A stretch of 64,000 bases of DNA, taken from Candidatus Heimdallarchaeota archaeon (GTDB taxonomy: Archaea > Asgardarchaeota > Heimdallarchaeia > Heimdallarchaeales > Heimdallarchaeaceae). The notes beneath the pieces were generated by a model. That model did not search any database, had not been told where the DNA came from, and worked only from the letters and a program-made list of their open reading frames with translations. The stretch lies in NCBI GenBank assembly GCA_016839945.1, contig JAEOTE010000108.1, positions 1 through 64,000 on the forward strand, written 5' to 3'. A program made the translations under genes and the position numbers. The first letter of the stretch is position 1; every line of letters begins with the position of its first letter. Shown piece by piece: positions 28,922 through 38,106 of the stretch.

Positions 28922-29605
28922 GTGAAAGGCATTTTTCGAAATGAAAGAATCAAGGAATTAGAGAACAATCGAACACCTGTAAAATTCCTTGAAAACGCGA
29001 AAATTGTATTGCATATTATTCCTGAAGAATCAACAAAAATAGATAAGCTGTACAACATTGAGATAATAACCAGAAGTCCTTCTAGATTGGAACCCATAAA
29101 AGCTATGGGTATTGAATCAAACCATACTTTTGATGGTTTCTTAACACAGACTCAAGATCTTTCAGGTATTGCACGCTCCTATGTTCATCTTTACAAAAAT
29201 GGTATAATAGAGGCTGTAGAAGGTAGTATTCTCAAGCCAATTGTAAATCGACTTGAAATTCCAAGTGTTGATCTTGAAAAAGAAATAATTGAAACTTTTC
29301 CTAGATATGTTCAAGTTTTAAAAACTATAGAAGCTGAAACTCCTATTACACTTTTCCTAACCTTGGTAGGTGTAAAAGGGTATATTTTGAAACTCAATAA
29401 GGAGATTTTAGGAGCTAATCCAACACCTATTGAAGAAGATACTTTAAAACTTGCAGATATTTTTGTTGAAGATTATGATGAATTCATAATAATTCCAAGA
29501 TTGCTTCAACCATGGTTTGATGAAATTTGGCAAGCTTGTGGATTATTCAAATCATTCAATTATGATGAAGAAGGAAATTGGGGACAAGGTTTAAACATGA
29601 ATTAG
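28922..29605 (+). CDS. C-terminal-domain-only homolog of AlbA_2 (Schlafen-like) proteins; possibly a truncated remnant
   Basis: FRNERI...TPV...AKIVLHIIP, DGFLT...SYVHLYKNGIIEAV, FLTLVGVKGY, FDEIWQACG. In-frame TAA at 28898 upstream. Confidence 0.6.
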   Translation: MKGIFRNERIKELENNRTPVKFLENAKIVLHIIPEESTKIDKLYNIEIITRSPSRLEPIKAMGIESNHTFDGFLTQTQDLSGIARSYVHLYKNGIIEAVEGSILKPIVNRLEIPSVDLEKEIIETFPRYVQVLKTIEAETPITLFLTLVGVKGYILKLNKEILGANPTPIEEDTLKLADIFVEDYDEFIIIPRLLQPWFDEIWQACGLFKSFNYDEEGNWGQGLNMN

Positions 29606-29667
29606 TAAACAATCGACAAAATTTGCTTATTCGCATAATTTATAAATCAAATTTCAATCGAAACCTA

Positions 29668-30960
29668 ATGACTAATGATTATGATTTTGATGTAGCTGTG
29701 ATAGGTGGAGGACCAGCTGGAATTGCGACTGCTCTTACTCTTGCTAAAGCTGGAGTAGAAGTTGTTGTTCTAGAGAGAGGTCAATATCCTGGAGCTAAAA
29801 ATGTTAGCGGAGCCGCATTATATGGTCCTGTTCTAAACAAACTTATTCCTAATTACTGGGAAGAAGATTCTTTTGAAAGAAATCTTATTTCTAAGAAAAT
29901 AACTTTACTTTCTGATATACGTTCTATGACTATTGATGTCAACTTGAAAGATTTCAATGAACCGCCATATAATGGAATATCTGTTATTCGTCCAAAATTT
30001 GATAGGTGGTTAGCTGGTAAAGCCGAAGAAGCTGGAGCTATGATCCTTCCTGATTCCATAGTTGACGATTTTGTTTGGGATGATAAACAGATTTGTGGAG
30101 TAAAGTCTGGAGATGAGGAATTAAGGACAAAACTTGTGATTATTGCTGAAGGTTCTAATAATATTCTTACTGAAAAAGCTGGTTTAGCAAAAAAACCAAA
30201 TCCTCAACATCATGCAGTGGGAATGAAAGAAACTTATGAATTATCTCAAAAACAAATTGAAGCAAGATTTCAAATCTCTGGAAAAGAAGGGATCAGTAAT
30301 GAGATTTTGGGATATACAAAGGGAATTCCTGGAGGAGGATTTTTCTATACAAACAAAAATACATTATCTTTTGGATTAATTCTTAACTTGAAAGATTTAG
30401 TTCAACAAAAACTTAAAGCATTTGAAGTTTTAGAATACTTCAAATCTCACCCATATATTCAAAATCTACTCAAAGATGCAAAGATGATAGAATATTCAGC
30501 TCACACTATTCCTGAAGGAGGGTTTAAACATATGTCTAAACTTTACGGGAATGGTGTTATGGTTGTAGGTGATGCTGCAGGTCTTGTTTTGAATGCAGGA
30601 TTATACATTGAAGGGATCAATTTTGCACTAGAATCTGGAAGAATTGCAGGAGAAACTGCACTAAAAATTCTTGAAATAGGTGATTACTCTCGTAAGAATA
30701 CAAAATTGTATCTTAAGAATATGAAAGAAAGTTTTGCTTACCAAGATATGAAAAAGTTCAAACGTGCTGCCAAATTCCTGGAAAACAAGAGAGTCTTTAC
30801 AGTATATCCCGATATGCTAACAGGTTTAATGGAAAGAATTCTCAAAAATACTGGGAGACCTAGAAGAAGAATTCTTCTAACAGCAATTATTTATGTTCTG
30901 CGAAAAGCAGGAATTCTCGGTTTAGCAAAAGATGCAATAGGAGGATTGAGATCAATATGA
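29668..30960 (+). CDS. fixC: FixC / ETF-quinone oxidoreductase-like flavoprotein
   Basis: GGGPAG, ERGQYPGAKNVSG, RPKFDRWL, EYSAHTIPEGG, VGDAAG. TTTATAAA ~25 bp upstream of ATG 29668. Confidence 0.92.
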   Translation: MTNDYDFDVAVIGGGPAGIATALTLAKAGVEVVVLERGQYPGAKNVSGAALYGPVLNKLIPNYWEEDSFERNLISKKITLLSDIRSMTIDVNLKDFNEPPYNGISVIRPKFDRWLAGKAEEAGAMILPDSIVDDFVWDDKQICGVKSGDEELRTKLVIIAEGSNNILTEKAGLAKKPNPQHHAVGMKETYELSQKQIEARFQISGKEGISNEILGYTKGIPGGGFFYTNKNTLSFGLILNLKDLVQQKLKAFEVLEYFKSHPYIQNLLKDAKMIEYSAHTIPEGGFKHMSKLYGNGVMVVGDAAGLVLNAGLYIEGINFALESGRIAGETALKILEIGDYSRKNTKLYLKNMKESFAYQDMKKFKRAAKFLENKRVFTVYPDMLTGLMERILKNTGRPRRRILLTAIIYVLRKAGILGLAKDAIGGLRSI

Positions 30961-31268
30961 GCAAAGCAAAAAAACCAATGACTATAGAAGAGAAATTAGA
31001 TTTAACTAAGTTTACTTCAGATCAAAATTATGCGCATATAACTATAAATCCAGAGATATGTAAAACTAAATGCACAACATATGATTGTGTATATGGATGT
31101 CCAGCAAACTGTTACAAATTCACCGAAGGAGAAGATGCAGAAGGTCCTGTTTCTTTTGATTACATCGCATGTTTAGAATGTGGAACATGCAGAATCGTTT
31201 GTCCTCATGAGAGTGTTGACTGGAATCATCCAAAAGGTGGATTTGGTGTAGAATTCAAACACAGTTAG
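30957..31268 (+). CDS. fixX: FixX ferredoxin
   Basis: CVYGCPANCY, CLECGTCRIVCP, W.HPKGGFGV; ATGA overlap with fixC. Confidence 0.93.
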   Translation: MSKAKKPMTIEEKLDLTKFTSDQNYAHITINPEICKTKCTTYDCVYGCPANCYKFTEGEDAEGPVSFDYIACLECGTCRIVCPHESVDWNHPKGGFGVEFKHS

Positions 31269-31299
31269 TTTTTTCACATTTCTCTTTTCTTTATATTTT
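31269..31299 (+). terminator. Putative T-rich terminator after fixX
   Basis: TTTTTT...TTTCTCTTTTCTTT directly after the stop. Confidence 0.45.
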
Positions 31300-31352
31300 G
31301 AGAACACTTATTAGTACTTTTGCTAAAATTTCGTAGAGTAAGCTTTGAGTGA

Positions 31353-32495
31353 TTGACAATGGAAAGGAGAATTGTAGCATCAATTACAATAGTCGGAGTA
31401 ATTCTCTTATCTCTGAATTTCAAGCACCCAACAATCAAATCTTTTATTGGAGATAATCAACCAGTAGGATCTTTGGTTTTATCCCTTACTCCTCATTTAC
31501 CTTTCCAAATAACGCATGATGACAATTTTACACATTATGGATTTAGTGGATATGGAAATAAAAGTCACCCCTACATCATTGAAGATTATAGTATAATATC
31601 TTCTGATGCTTATGGTATTTACATCGAAAGAACTACTAAATTCTTTGTTATTCGTAATTGCTATATAGACGTAGGAGAAAACGGTATTTACATTTTAGCT
31701 GTTGCTGATGGAACAGCTTCTATAATAAAAAATACATGTAAGAATAATGATTTTGGCATCAAGCTAATAAATACTTCACAGGCTGTTCTTGCTAATAATA
31801 CTTGCACTAATAATGAGTTTAGTATCCAGTTGTATAGATCTCCAGATGCAAACATCACTTCAAATATTTGCATAAATAATGGTTTTCATGGGATTTATCT
31901 TGAAAATTGTCTTAGTCCTGTTTTGATTAATAATACTTGTAATAAAAACAACATCTGTGGAACATTATTGTATGCTTCTTTTGGTGCATATTTTATAAAC
32001 AATACTTGTTCAGATAATAGTCTCAATGGTATATATCTTGATGCGACTATGAATGCTCATATCATAAATAATACTTTTGAAGGGAATATTCGCTATGGAG
32101 TAGAGCTTTCTATAAGTGATCTATGTTTTATTACATATAATGCTCTTCTAGATAACAATCTATATGGAGTGTATTTAGAAGCAGGATCTGATAACAACGT
32201 TATTCATCACAATACTTTCCATAATAATAATCTTGGTGGAACTTCTCAAGCTTATGATGATGGGAATAATAACCAATTTTATGAAATTGCTACAAATCAA
32301 GGGAATTATTGGTCAACTTGGTTATCTGGAAGTTATTCAATAGATGGAAGTGCTAATTCAGAAGATCCTTATCCTTTAGGAGAACCTTTAGTCCCAGTTT
32401 TTGAGTATACACAGAAAAACATAGTCTTAATTTGTCTAGTATCTTTGGTAGCAATATTTTCTTCAGTTTTCAGAAAAGTGAGGAAAAAGAACTAA
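31353..32495 (+). CDS. Secreted right-handed parallel beta-helix (NosD/CASH-like) protein with C-terminal TM anchor
   Basis: Signal peptide, repeated G-I-x-L...I-x-N-N-T-C-x-x-N units, GNYWS...DPYP, then TM and RKVRKKN. Confidence 0.85.
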   Translation: MTMERRIVASITIVGVILLSLNFKHPTIKSFIGDNQPVGSLVLSLTPHLPFQITHDDNFTHYGFSGYGNKSHPYIIEDYSIISSDAYGIYIERTTKFFVIRNCYIDVGENGIYILAVADGTASIIKNTCKNNDFGIKLINTSQAVLANNTCTNNEFSIQLYRSPDANITSNICINNGFHGIYLENCLSPVLINNTCNKNNICGTLLYASFGAYFINNTCSDNSLNGIYLDATMNAHIINNTFEGNIRYGVELSISDLCFITYNALLDNNLYGVYLEAGSDNNVIHHNTFHNNNLGGTSQAYDDGNNNQFYEIATNQGNYWSTWLSGSYSIDGSANSEDPYPLGEPLVPVFEYTQKNIVLICLVSLVAIFSSVFRKVRKKN

Positions 32496-32584
32496 AATCA
32501 TTTTCAATTATTTATATCAAGAATTTCATCTCCTTTTATATCGAAAAAAGGTTAAATTACTGATAATAGAAAAAGTGGATTGAC

Positions 32585-33826
32585 ATGAATATCCAGCCAT
32601 TTAAAGCTAAAACACTTGTCAGAACAAGTTCTCAGACAGCTACTCATGTTCATCTCAATCCATATCAAGGATGTTATCATAATTGTTCATACTGTTTTGG
32701 AAAATCTGATGAGTATTTCATGCACAAGGACTATGGTGAAAGAATTAGAGTTAAGATAAATGCTCCTGAGCTCCTAGAAGAGTATCTGAAGAAGAAAGGT
32801 TTTATTCCATATAACAGGGATAAAACGTCCACTCTAGTTGACTATATTTCATATTCAAATAATGACATCAAATCAAGTCTCCCACCCAAGTTTGTAATAA
32901 GCATGTTTGGGAATGTTTGTGATGTTTACCAACCTGCTGAAAAAAAAGTAGAAATTACTAGAAAATTACTGCAAATAGCATATGATTATGGATTTCCCGT
33001 AAGATTACTAACAAAAAGTAATCTCGTTCTTCGAGATATTGATCTTCTCAAGAAAATTCATCAAGATTCTTATGCTCGTGTTGCAATTACTGTAACTCTC
33101 TATGATGAAGAAATGCAAAAGATATTTGAACCAAATGCCAGTCTAACATCAGAACGTTTTGATACTGTAAAAAGATTGAGAGAAAACGGGATTTCATCTG
33201 GAATATATATAACGCCAGTTATACCATTCATTGGCGATAGCAGTGAAAATCTTTCACAGATTATTAGCAAAGCCAAAGAAGTTAATGCAGAATTTATTAT
33301 CTCAGGAGGTCTAACTTTATCTCTAGGTAGAAACAAACAAGAATTTATGGATTCTATAAAAACACATTTTCCCGAATATCTGGAAAGATTCAAGCTTCTT
33401 TATGACAATAATGATAAATACGGACAGCCAAATTCCAAAATAGCTGAATCATACAATCTTTTAGATCCCATCAAAAAAGGATATGAGCTCTGTAAAAGAA
33501 ATAACATGTTTTTCTATGAACCAAGGATAATTCCAGAGGGACAAATTAATACAAATTTATTGATCGCCACTGCTCTGTATAGAATTGCATTTCTTCAAGA
33601 AAAAATCTACAAATCAGAAGAAATTAACATTAAAGAATATCATAAAGCTGCAAAATATTGTGAATTATTACCTCAAGACATATCTTCAATGACAAATGGG
33701 GAAATTCAAACACTTCCTTTTTCAAGAGATATCACTGATATTATCTCAGAAATTGTTGACACGAATAATTGCCAATTTCTCTCTTCAAAAAATGAATGGA
33801 AGGAACTTATAGCTACCAAAAATTAA
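32585..33826 (+). CDS. Radical SAM protein, SplB/Rv2578c-like
   Basis: NPYQGCYHNCSYC, VKINAPELL, DVYQPAE, LTKSxLVLRDIDLL, FEP.A...ERF. Confidence 0.88.
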   Translation: MNIQPFKAKTLVRTSSQTATHVHLNPYQGCYHNCSYCFGKSDEYFMHKDYGERIRVKINAPELLEEYLKKKGFIPYNRDKTSTLVDYISYSNNDIKSSLPPKFVISMFGNVCDVYQPAEKKVEITRKLLQIAYDYGFPVRLLTKSNLVLRDIDLLKKIHQDSYARVAITVTLYDEEMQKIFEPNASLTSERFDTVKRLRENGISSGIYITPVIPFIGDSSENLSQIISKAKEVNAEFIISGGLTLSLGRNKQEFMDSIKTHFPEYLERFKLLYDNNDKYGQPNSKIAESYNLLDPIKKGYELCKRNNMFFYEPRIIPEGQINTNLLIATALYRIAFLQEKIYKSEEINIKEYHKAAKYCELLPQDISSMTNGEIQTLPFSRDITDIISEIVDTNNCQFLSSKNEWKELIATKN

Positions 33827-33903
33827 TGTTTTTTCATTATTTTCTATTTAAATTACTATATTTCTTTGCGATAAGTTTTAAAAAACGATAGTATATTATT
33901 TTA

Positions 33904-34773
33904 TTGAGTTCGATGAGTGCATTGGATAAATTAAAAGAAATTATTCCCAAAGTAATTGTGGGATCAGCAAGATATCACACCTTTGATTCTATACCTGATG
34001 ATTATCCAGTCAAGAATCTAGAATCACTTCTTTCTATGGTTACTAGATCTTATCACGCTGGTGCTGAAGGTTGTTTATTTTATCTTTACAATGATGAAAT
34101 GGTGCAATTCCTCAATGTTCTAAATGATGAATTAAGTGAAATTAAAATTATGTTAATTATCAAATTTGTAGACATTGGTGAAATAACTCGACTTATGGAT
34201 AATTTGAATTTTTCACCTACTGCTTTATTCTTAGACTATAATCTCGCAGATCAAAGAGACAATGATTTGCTAAATAAATACCTCAATGCTCTCTCAAAGT
34301 ATTGTAAAAACATAGGGATTTATACTAAAGAGCCTATTGGGTCAGTATCGTTTTTCATAACATCTAATCCAAAAATTAATCTCTTTTTGCTTCCTTTTAA
34401 CATGCTAGGTTTAGGATTACAAAACAGAAGCTTGATAGAAATGATAGTTAATTCTTCTGAAAATGTTTACATCGCCAGTAATCCTTTAGCTGAAGGAAAA
34501 ATTAAACCAATACAAGCATTTGAATATGTGACAACTCATAGAGTTCATGGGTCTAATATAGAATTTCTAGAACTTGAGACAGTACTAGATTCAATCAAGT
34601 TTGCAAAGTATTTCTTAGAAACACATGATTTTCTACAGATTGCACTAGAATTTGAAGACCACAGTGAAGTATGCGAAACTTGCGGTTTAGGGATGTCAAG
34701 ATATTATCCTCCTACAGGAGGAAGTTGGTGGTATTGCGCTCAATGCCAAGCTAAAAAAGAGTTACCAGAGTAG
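33904..34773 (+). CDS. Hypothetical protein (degenerate aldo-keto-reductase-like barrel plus C-terminal Zn ribbon)
   Basis: LLPFNMLG and IASNPLAEGK resemble AKR C-terminal strands; CETC...CAQC tail. Confidence 0.55.
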   Translation: MSSMSALDKLKEIIPKVIVGSARYHTFDSIPDDYPVKNLESLLSMVTRSYHAGAEGCLFYLYNDEMVQFLNVLNDELSEIKIMLIIKFVDIGEITRLMDNLNFSPTALFLDYNLADQRDNDLLNKYLNALSKYCKNIGIYTKEPIGSVSFFITSNPKINLFLLPFNMLGLGLQNRSLIEMIVNSSENVYIASNPLAEGKIKPIQAFEYVTTHRVHGSNIEFLELETVLDSIKFAKYFLETHDFLQIALEFEDHSEVCETCGLGMSRYYPPTGGSWWYCAQCQAKKELPE

Positions 34774-35358
34774 GTGGTACTCATAATTTCTTGCCCTTTT
34801 TGTGAAAAAGAACTGCCAGATGAAAGTGAATTTTGTGCTTATTGTGGTAAAAGAATAAGAGAAGAAACAATAGACTACATCAAAGAACCTCTTTCTACAA
34901 AAATCGAGAAAAGGTTTCAAAGGACATTAGAAACATTCAGAAGAGGTTTTTATTCATTGCTTTCTAACCTTGAACAAAGAGTAGAAAACTCTACTTCAAT
35001 TTCTTATGTAAATAAGGAGAAAATTGTAAATACTATTAGACAATTCAAAGTGACTTCCACTGATGAATATAATGAGGAAGAAAAGGAAGAGATAAGAGAG
35101 TGGGCGAAATTTGTAGAAGAAGCTATATCTGGTAATAAATGTATAATCTGTTTACAAGAGTTTGATATGAAGGATAAAGAAAAACTTGCTGTTATTTTGT
35201 GTCCCAATTGTAGCTATGCAGGGCATCCAAAGCATTTTGAAGATTGGTTAACAGAAAAATCTTCTTGCCCCATGTGTAGATCAGAATTGGACAAGAAATC
35301 ACTAGTAAAAGGTTTCTTATCTATTAAGGAGAAACAATTGGTTTTCAGTTCAACATAA
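34774..35358 (+). CDS. Zn-ribbon plus RING-finger protein (putative E3-ligase-like)
   Basis: N-terminal CPFC...CAYC; C-terminal CIICLQEF...CPNC...HPKHFEDWL....CPMCR. Confidence 0.8.
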   Translation: MVLIISCPFCEKELPDESEFCAYCGKRIREETIDYIKEPLSTKIEKRFQRTLETFRRGFYSLLSNLEQRVENSTSISYVNKEKIVNTIRQFKVTSTDEYNEEEKEEIREWAKFVEEAISGNKCIICLQEFDMKDKEKLAVILCPNCSYAGHPKHFEDWLTEKSSCPMCRSELDKKSLVKGFLSIKEKQLVFSST

Positions 35359-35448
35359 TTTGATTTTACTTTATTTTGCAAAAAACAGTGTGTCTATCAC
35401 ATCTTTTATAATTAAGCTATTTTTTTCTACTTTGGAAGAAAGATAAGA

Positions 35449-36366
35449 ATGATACCACAACATCTTTTCTCTGTTAGAAAAATATCCAGAGACTTTTTCC
35501 AAGAAATTTTCACTCTTGCTTCATCTATAGAAGAGAATCCTATTGTTTACGCAGATAAATGTAATGGTAAATTATTGGCAACACTTTTTTTTGAACCTAG
35601 CACAAGAACAAGACTCTCATTTGAAAGTGCAATGCTAAGATTGGGAGGAAAAATTCTTGGGTTTACTAGCGCAAAAACTAGTAGTGCTGTTAAAGGAGAA
35701 AGTATTGCAGATACAATCAGAATGATCAATCATTATGCTCATATTGCTGTTATTCGTCACTATATAGAAGGGATTGGTCAAATAGCTGAAAAATTTGCTA
35801 CTATTCCTTTTGTATCAGGAGGAACAGGAACGCAGGAACACCCAACACAAGCTCTCTTAGATCTCTATACAATTCAAAAGGAATTCAAGAATATTGATGG
35901 ATTAAAAGTAGGAGTTATGGGAGATTTACTGTATGGGAGAACTATTCCCTCTTTACTCTTCTCATTGGCAAAATACAATAATGTTGAAATAAATCTTATA
36001 TCTCCACCTGCATTAAATCTGAGGAAAAATATTACGCTAAGACTTCAAGAGATGAACTGTGAATACTCTACATTTGAAAACATAAGGGAAATTGTTGATG
36101 AATTAGATGTATTATATGTAACAAGAATTCAAAAAGAACGTTTTCCAGATCCAACTGATTATGAAAGGCTTAAAGGTATTTATCAAATAAAACCAGACGA
36201 CATAAAGAATGCAAAAGAAAATATGATTATTCTTCATCCTCTACCAAGAGTAGATGAAATAGATTATGAAATCGATAAGCTTAAACATTCAAGATATTTC
36301 GAACAAGCGCAAAATGGCGTGTGGGTTAGAATGGCTTTAATCTTAAAGTACTTGGAGATTGGTTAG
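35449..36366 (+). CDS. pyrB: Aspartate carbamoyltransferase catalytic subunit
   Basis: FFEPSTRT, HPTQ, TRIQKER, HPLPR. Confidence 0.97.
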   Translation: MIPQHLFSVRKISRDFFQEIFTLASSIEENPIVYADKCNGKLLATLFFEPSTRTRLSFESAMLRLGGKILGFTSAKTSSAVKGESIADTIRMINHYAHIAVIRHYIEGIGQIAEKFATIPFVSGGTGTQEHPTQALLDLYTIQKEFKNIDGLKVGVMGDLLYGRTIPSLLFSLAKYNNVEINLISPPALNLRKNITLRLQEMNCEYSTFENIREIVDELDVLYVTRIQKERFPDPTDYERLKGIYQIKPDDIKNAKENMIILHPLPRVDEIDYEIDKLKHSRYFEQAQNGVWVRMALILKYLEIG

Positions 36367-36367
36367 T

Positions 36368-36838
36368 ATGAGTGAAAAAAATAATAAACTGATAGTAACA
36401 AAAATAAAAGAAGGAACTGTTATTGATAGAATTCCTCCAGGAAAAGCTCTAAAGATTTTGGAAGTTCTTGGTATCGATGCTAATTATCCTTATACTGTTG
36501 CTCTTGCAATGCGGGTTTCATCGGAAGTAATGTCATTAAAAGATGTTGTAAAAATCAAAGGAAAAGCTCTGAATCAATCGGAAACACAAAAATTATCTTT
36601 CATAGCTCCAACTGCAACAGTGAATATTATTGAAAACTATAATGTAAAAGAAAAGATTCATCTAAAAATTCCAGAACATGTTGAAGATTTCATCAGCTGT
36701 CTTAATCCAAATTGCATTTCTAATACACATGAACCTATAGTTTCTTCTTTTGATGTAATTTCAAAAGAACCACTTATTCTTCGGTGCGTATATTGTGACC
36801 GTTTAATAGAACAGAAGTATCTTGATAGAACATTCTAA
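36368..36838 (+). CDS. pyrI: Aspartate carbamoyltransferase regulatory subunit
   Basis: IKEGTVID, KDVVK, ATVNII, CLNPNC, RCVYC. Confidence 0.95.
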   Translation: MSEKNNKLIVTKIKEGTVIDRIPPGKALKILEVLGIDANYPYTVALAMRVSSEVMSLKDVVKIKGKALNQSETQKLSFIAPTATVNIIENYNVKEKIHLKIPEHVEDFISCLNPNCISNTHEPIVSSFDVISKEPLILRCVYCDRLIEQKYLDRTF

Positions 36839-36852
36839 CTCAAATTTGAATA

Positions 36853-38106
36853 TTACAGATATAATCCAATATCCTTCCTGTAATGCAAATTACCTTCAAT
36901 CTTCGAGATATTTTTATTTATTTTTTCTCTTGCTTCTTCTAAATTACGTCCTGTTCCAACTAATGCTATAGATCTGCTTTTTGTGGTCCTCAAAGAAGTT
37001 TTAGTTCTATAAACTGATGCATAGTATAGGTCTATGTCTATAGAATCTTTGATGTTAATTTCTTGAGCATCTCTAGGAGATGTTGGATATCCATTAGGAA
37101 CTAGATATGTGCATACTGTAGATAAAGGTCTGAAACTTGCTTTCTTTAAATCACCATCAATTATTTGGTGAGAGAGCTCGTTAAAATCTGTCTCCAAAAG
37201 CTGTAGAACATTTAAAGCTTCAGGATCACCAAATCTAACGTTAAACTCTATCAAATAGATATCATCAGTTGTTTTCATAAATTGACCATATAAGACTCCT
37301 TTATATCTAAGATCTGTTTGTTTCTCTAATGCTTCTATAGTTTTTTCCATGATGTTGATGGCTTTATCGATGTCCGATTTTTCAAGAAAAGGTAGTGTGT
37401 GTTCAGCTAAACTATATGATCCCATAGATCCCGTATTTGGCCCTTCTTCATTTTCAAAAGCTCGTTTGTAGTCTCTTACTAAAGGCATAGGTACTATTTT
37501 TTTTCCATCTGTGAAAACTTGAAGAGAGAATTCTTTACCTTCCTTTTTCTCTTCTATTAAGAATTCATCACTTGTCGAAAGCAAGGTTCGTGCATAATCT
37601 TTAGCTTCTCTGAATGTTGAGAAATGATCACCATATACTCTTACTCCCTTACCTCCTGTCAAGCCATCTGGTTTGATAACAATTTTCAAACCAAATTCTT
37701 TAACGGCGTCTTCCAAATCTCTCAAGGATCTGCAAATGAAATAAGGAACATTTCCTGGAATATCATATGCATCAAGTAAACACCTGGCAAAAATTTTACT
37801 AGATTCTATTCTTGCTACTTCTTGTTTTGGACTGCATGTAGGTATATCTAGCTTTTCTTCTAAAAAATTTGTAATTCCAAAAGCAATAGGACTTTCTGGT
37901 CCAATTATCGCATAATCTACTTTGCGAAATTGATTTAACTTTGAGAAATCTGACATTTCCCCTAAGATTGTTTTTCTTGACAGATCTGCAATTCCAGGGT
38001 TTTCTGTAGACATATAGGAATAAAGTTTAGCATCGCTTTCTACAATTTTTTTTGCTATAGCATGTTCTCTTGCACCATTTCCAACTAATAATACTTTTTT
38101 TGTCAT
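36853..38106 (-). CDS. purD: Phosphoribosylamine-glycine ligase
   Basis: GxGAREHA, IGPE, KPDGLTGGKGV, GPNTGSMG, EFNVRFGDPE. Confidence 0.96.
   Translation of the reverse strand: MTKKVLLVGNGAREHAIAKKIVESDAKLYSYMSTENPGIADLSRKTILGEMSDFSKLNQFRKVDYAIIGPESPIAFGITNFLEEKLDIPTCSPKQEVARIESSKIFARCLLDAYDIPGNVPYFICRSLRDLEDAVKEFGLKIVIKPDGLTGGKGVRVYGDHFSTFREAKDYARTLLSTSDEFLIEEKKEGKEFSLQVFTDGKKIVPMPLVRDYKRAFENEEGPNTGSMGSYSLAEHTLPFLEKSDIDKAINIMEKTIEALEKQTDLRYKGVLYGQFMKTTDDIYLIEFNVRFGDPEALNVLQLLETDFNELSHQIIDGDLKKASFRPLSTVCTYLVPNGYPTSPRDAQEINIKDSIDIDLYYASVYRTKTSLRTTKSRSIALVGTGRNLEEAREKINKNISKIEGNLHYRKDIGLYL

Noticed and set aside
29578-29667. N-terminal extension of fixC in the ORF track
   Set aside because: It overlaps the previous gene and contains the TATA box; ATG 29668 gives a normal FixC start.
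31700-32240. Repetitive AATAAT/AATACTTG sequence as a DNA tandem repeat
   Set aside because: Explained by the Asn-rich beta-helix repeats of the encoded protein.
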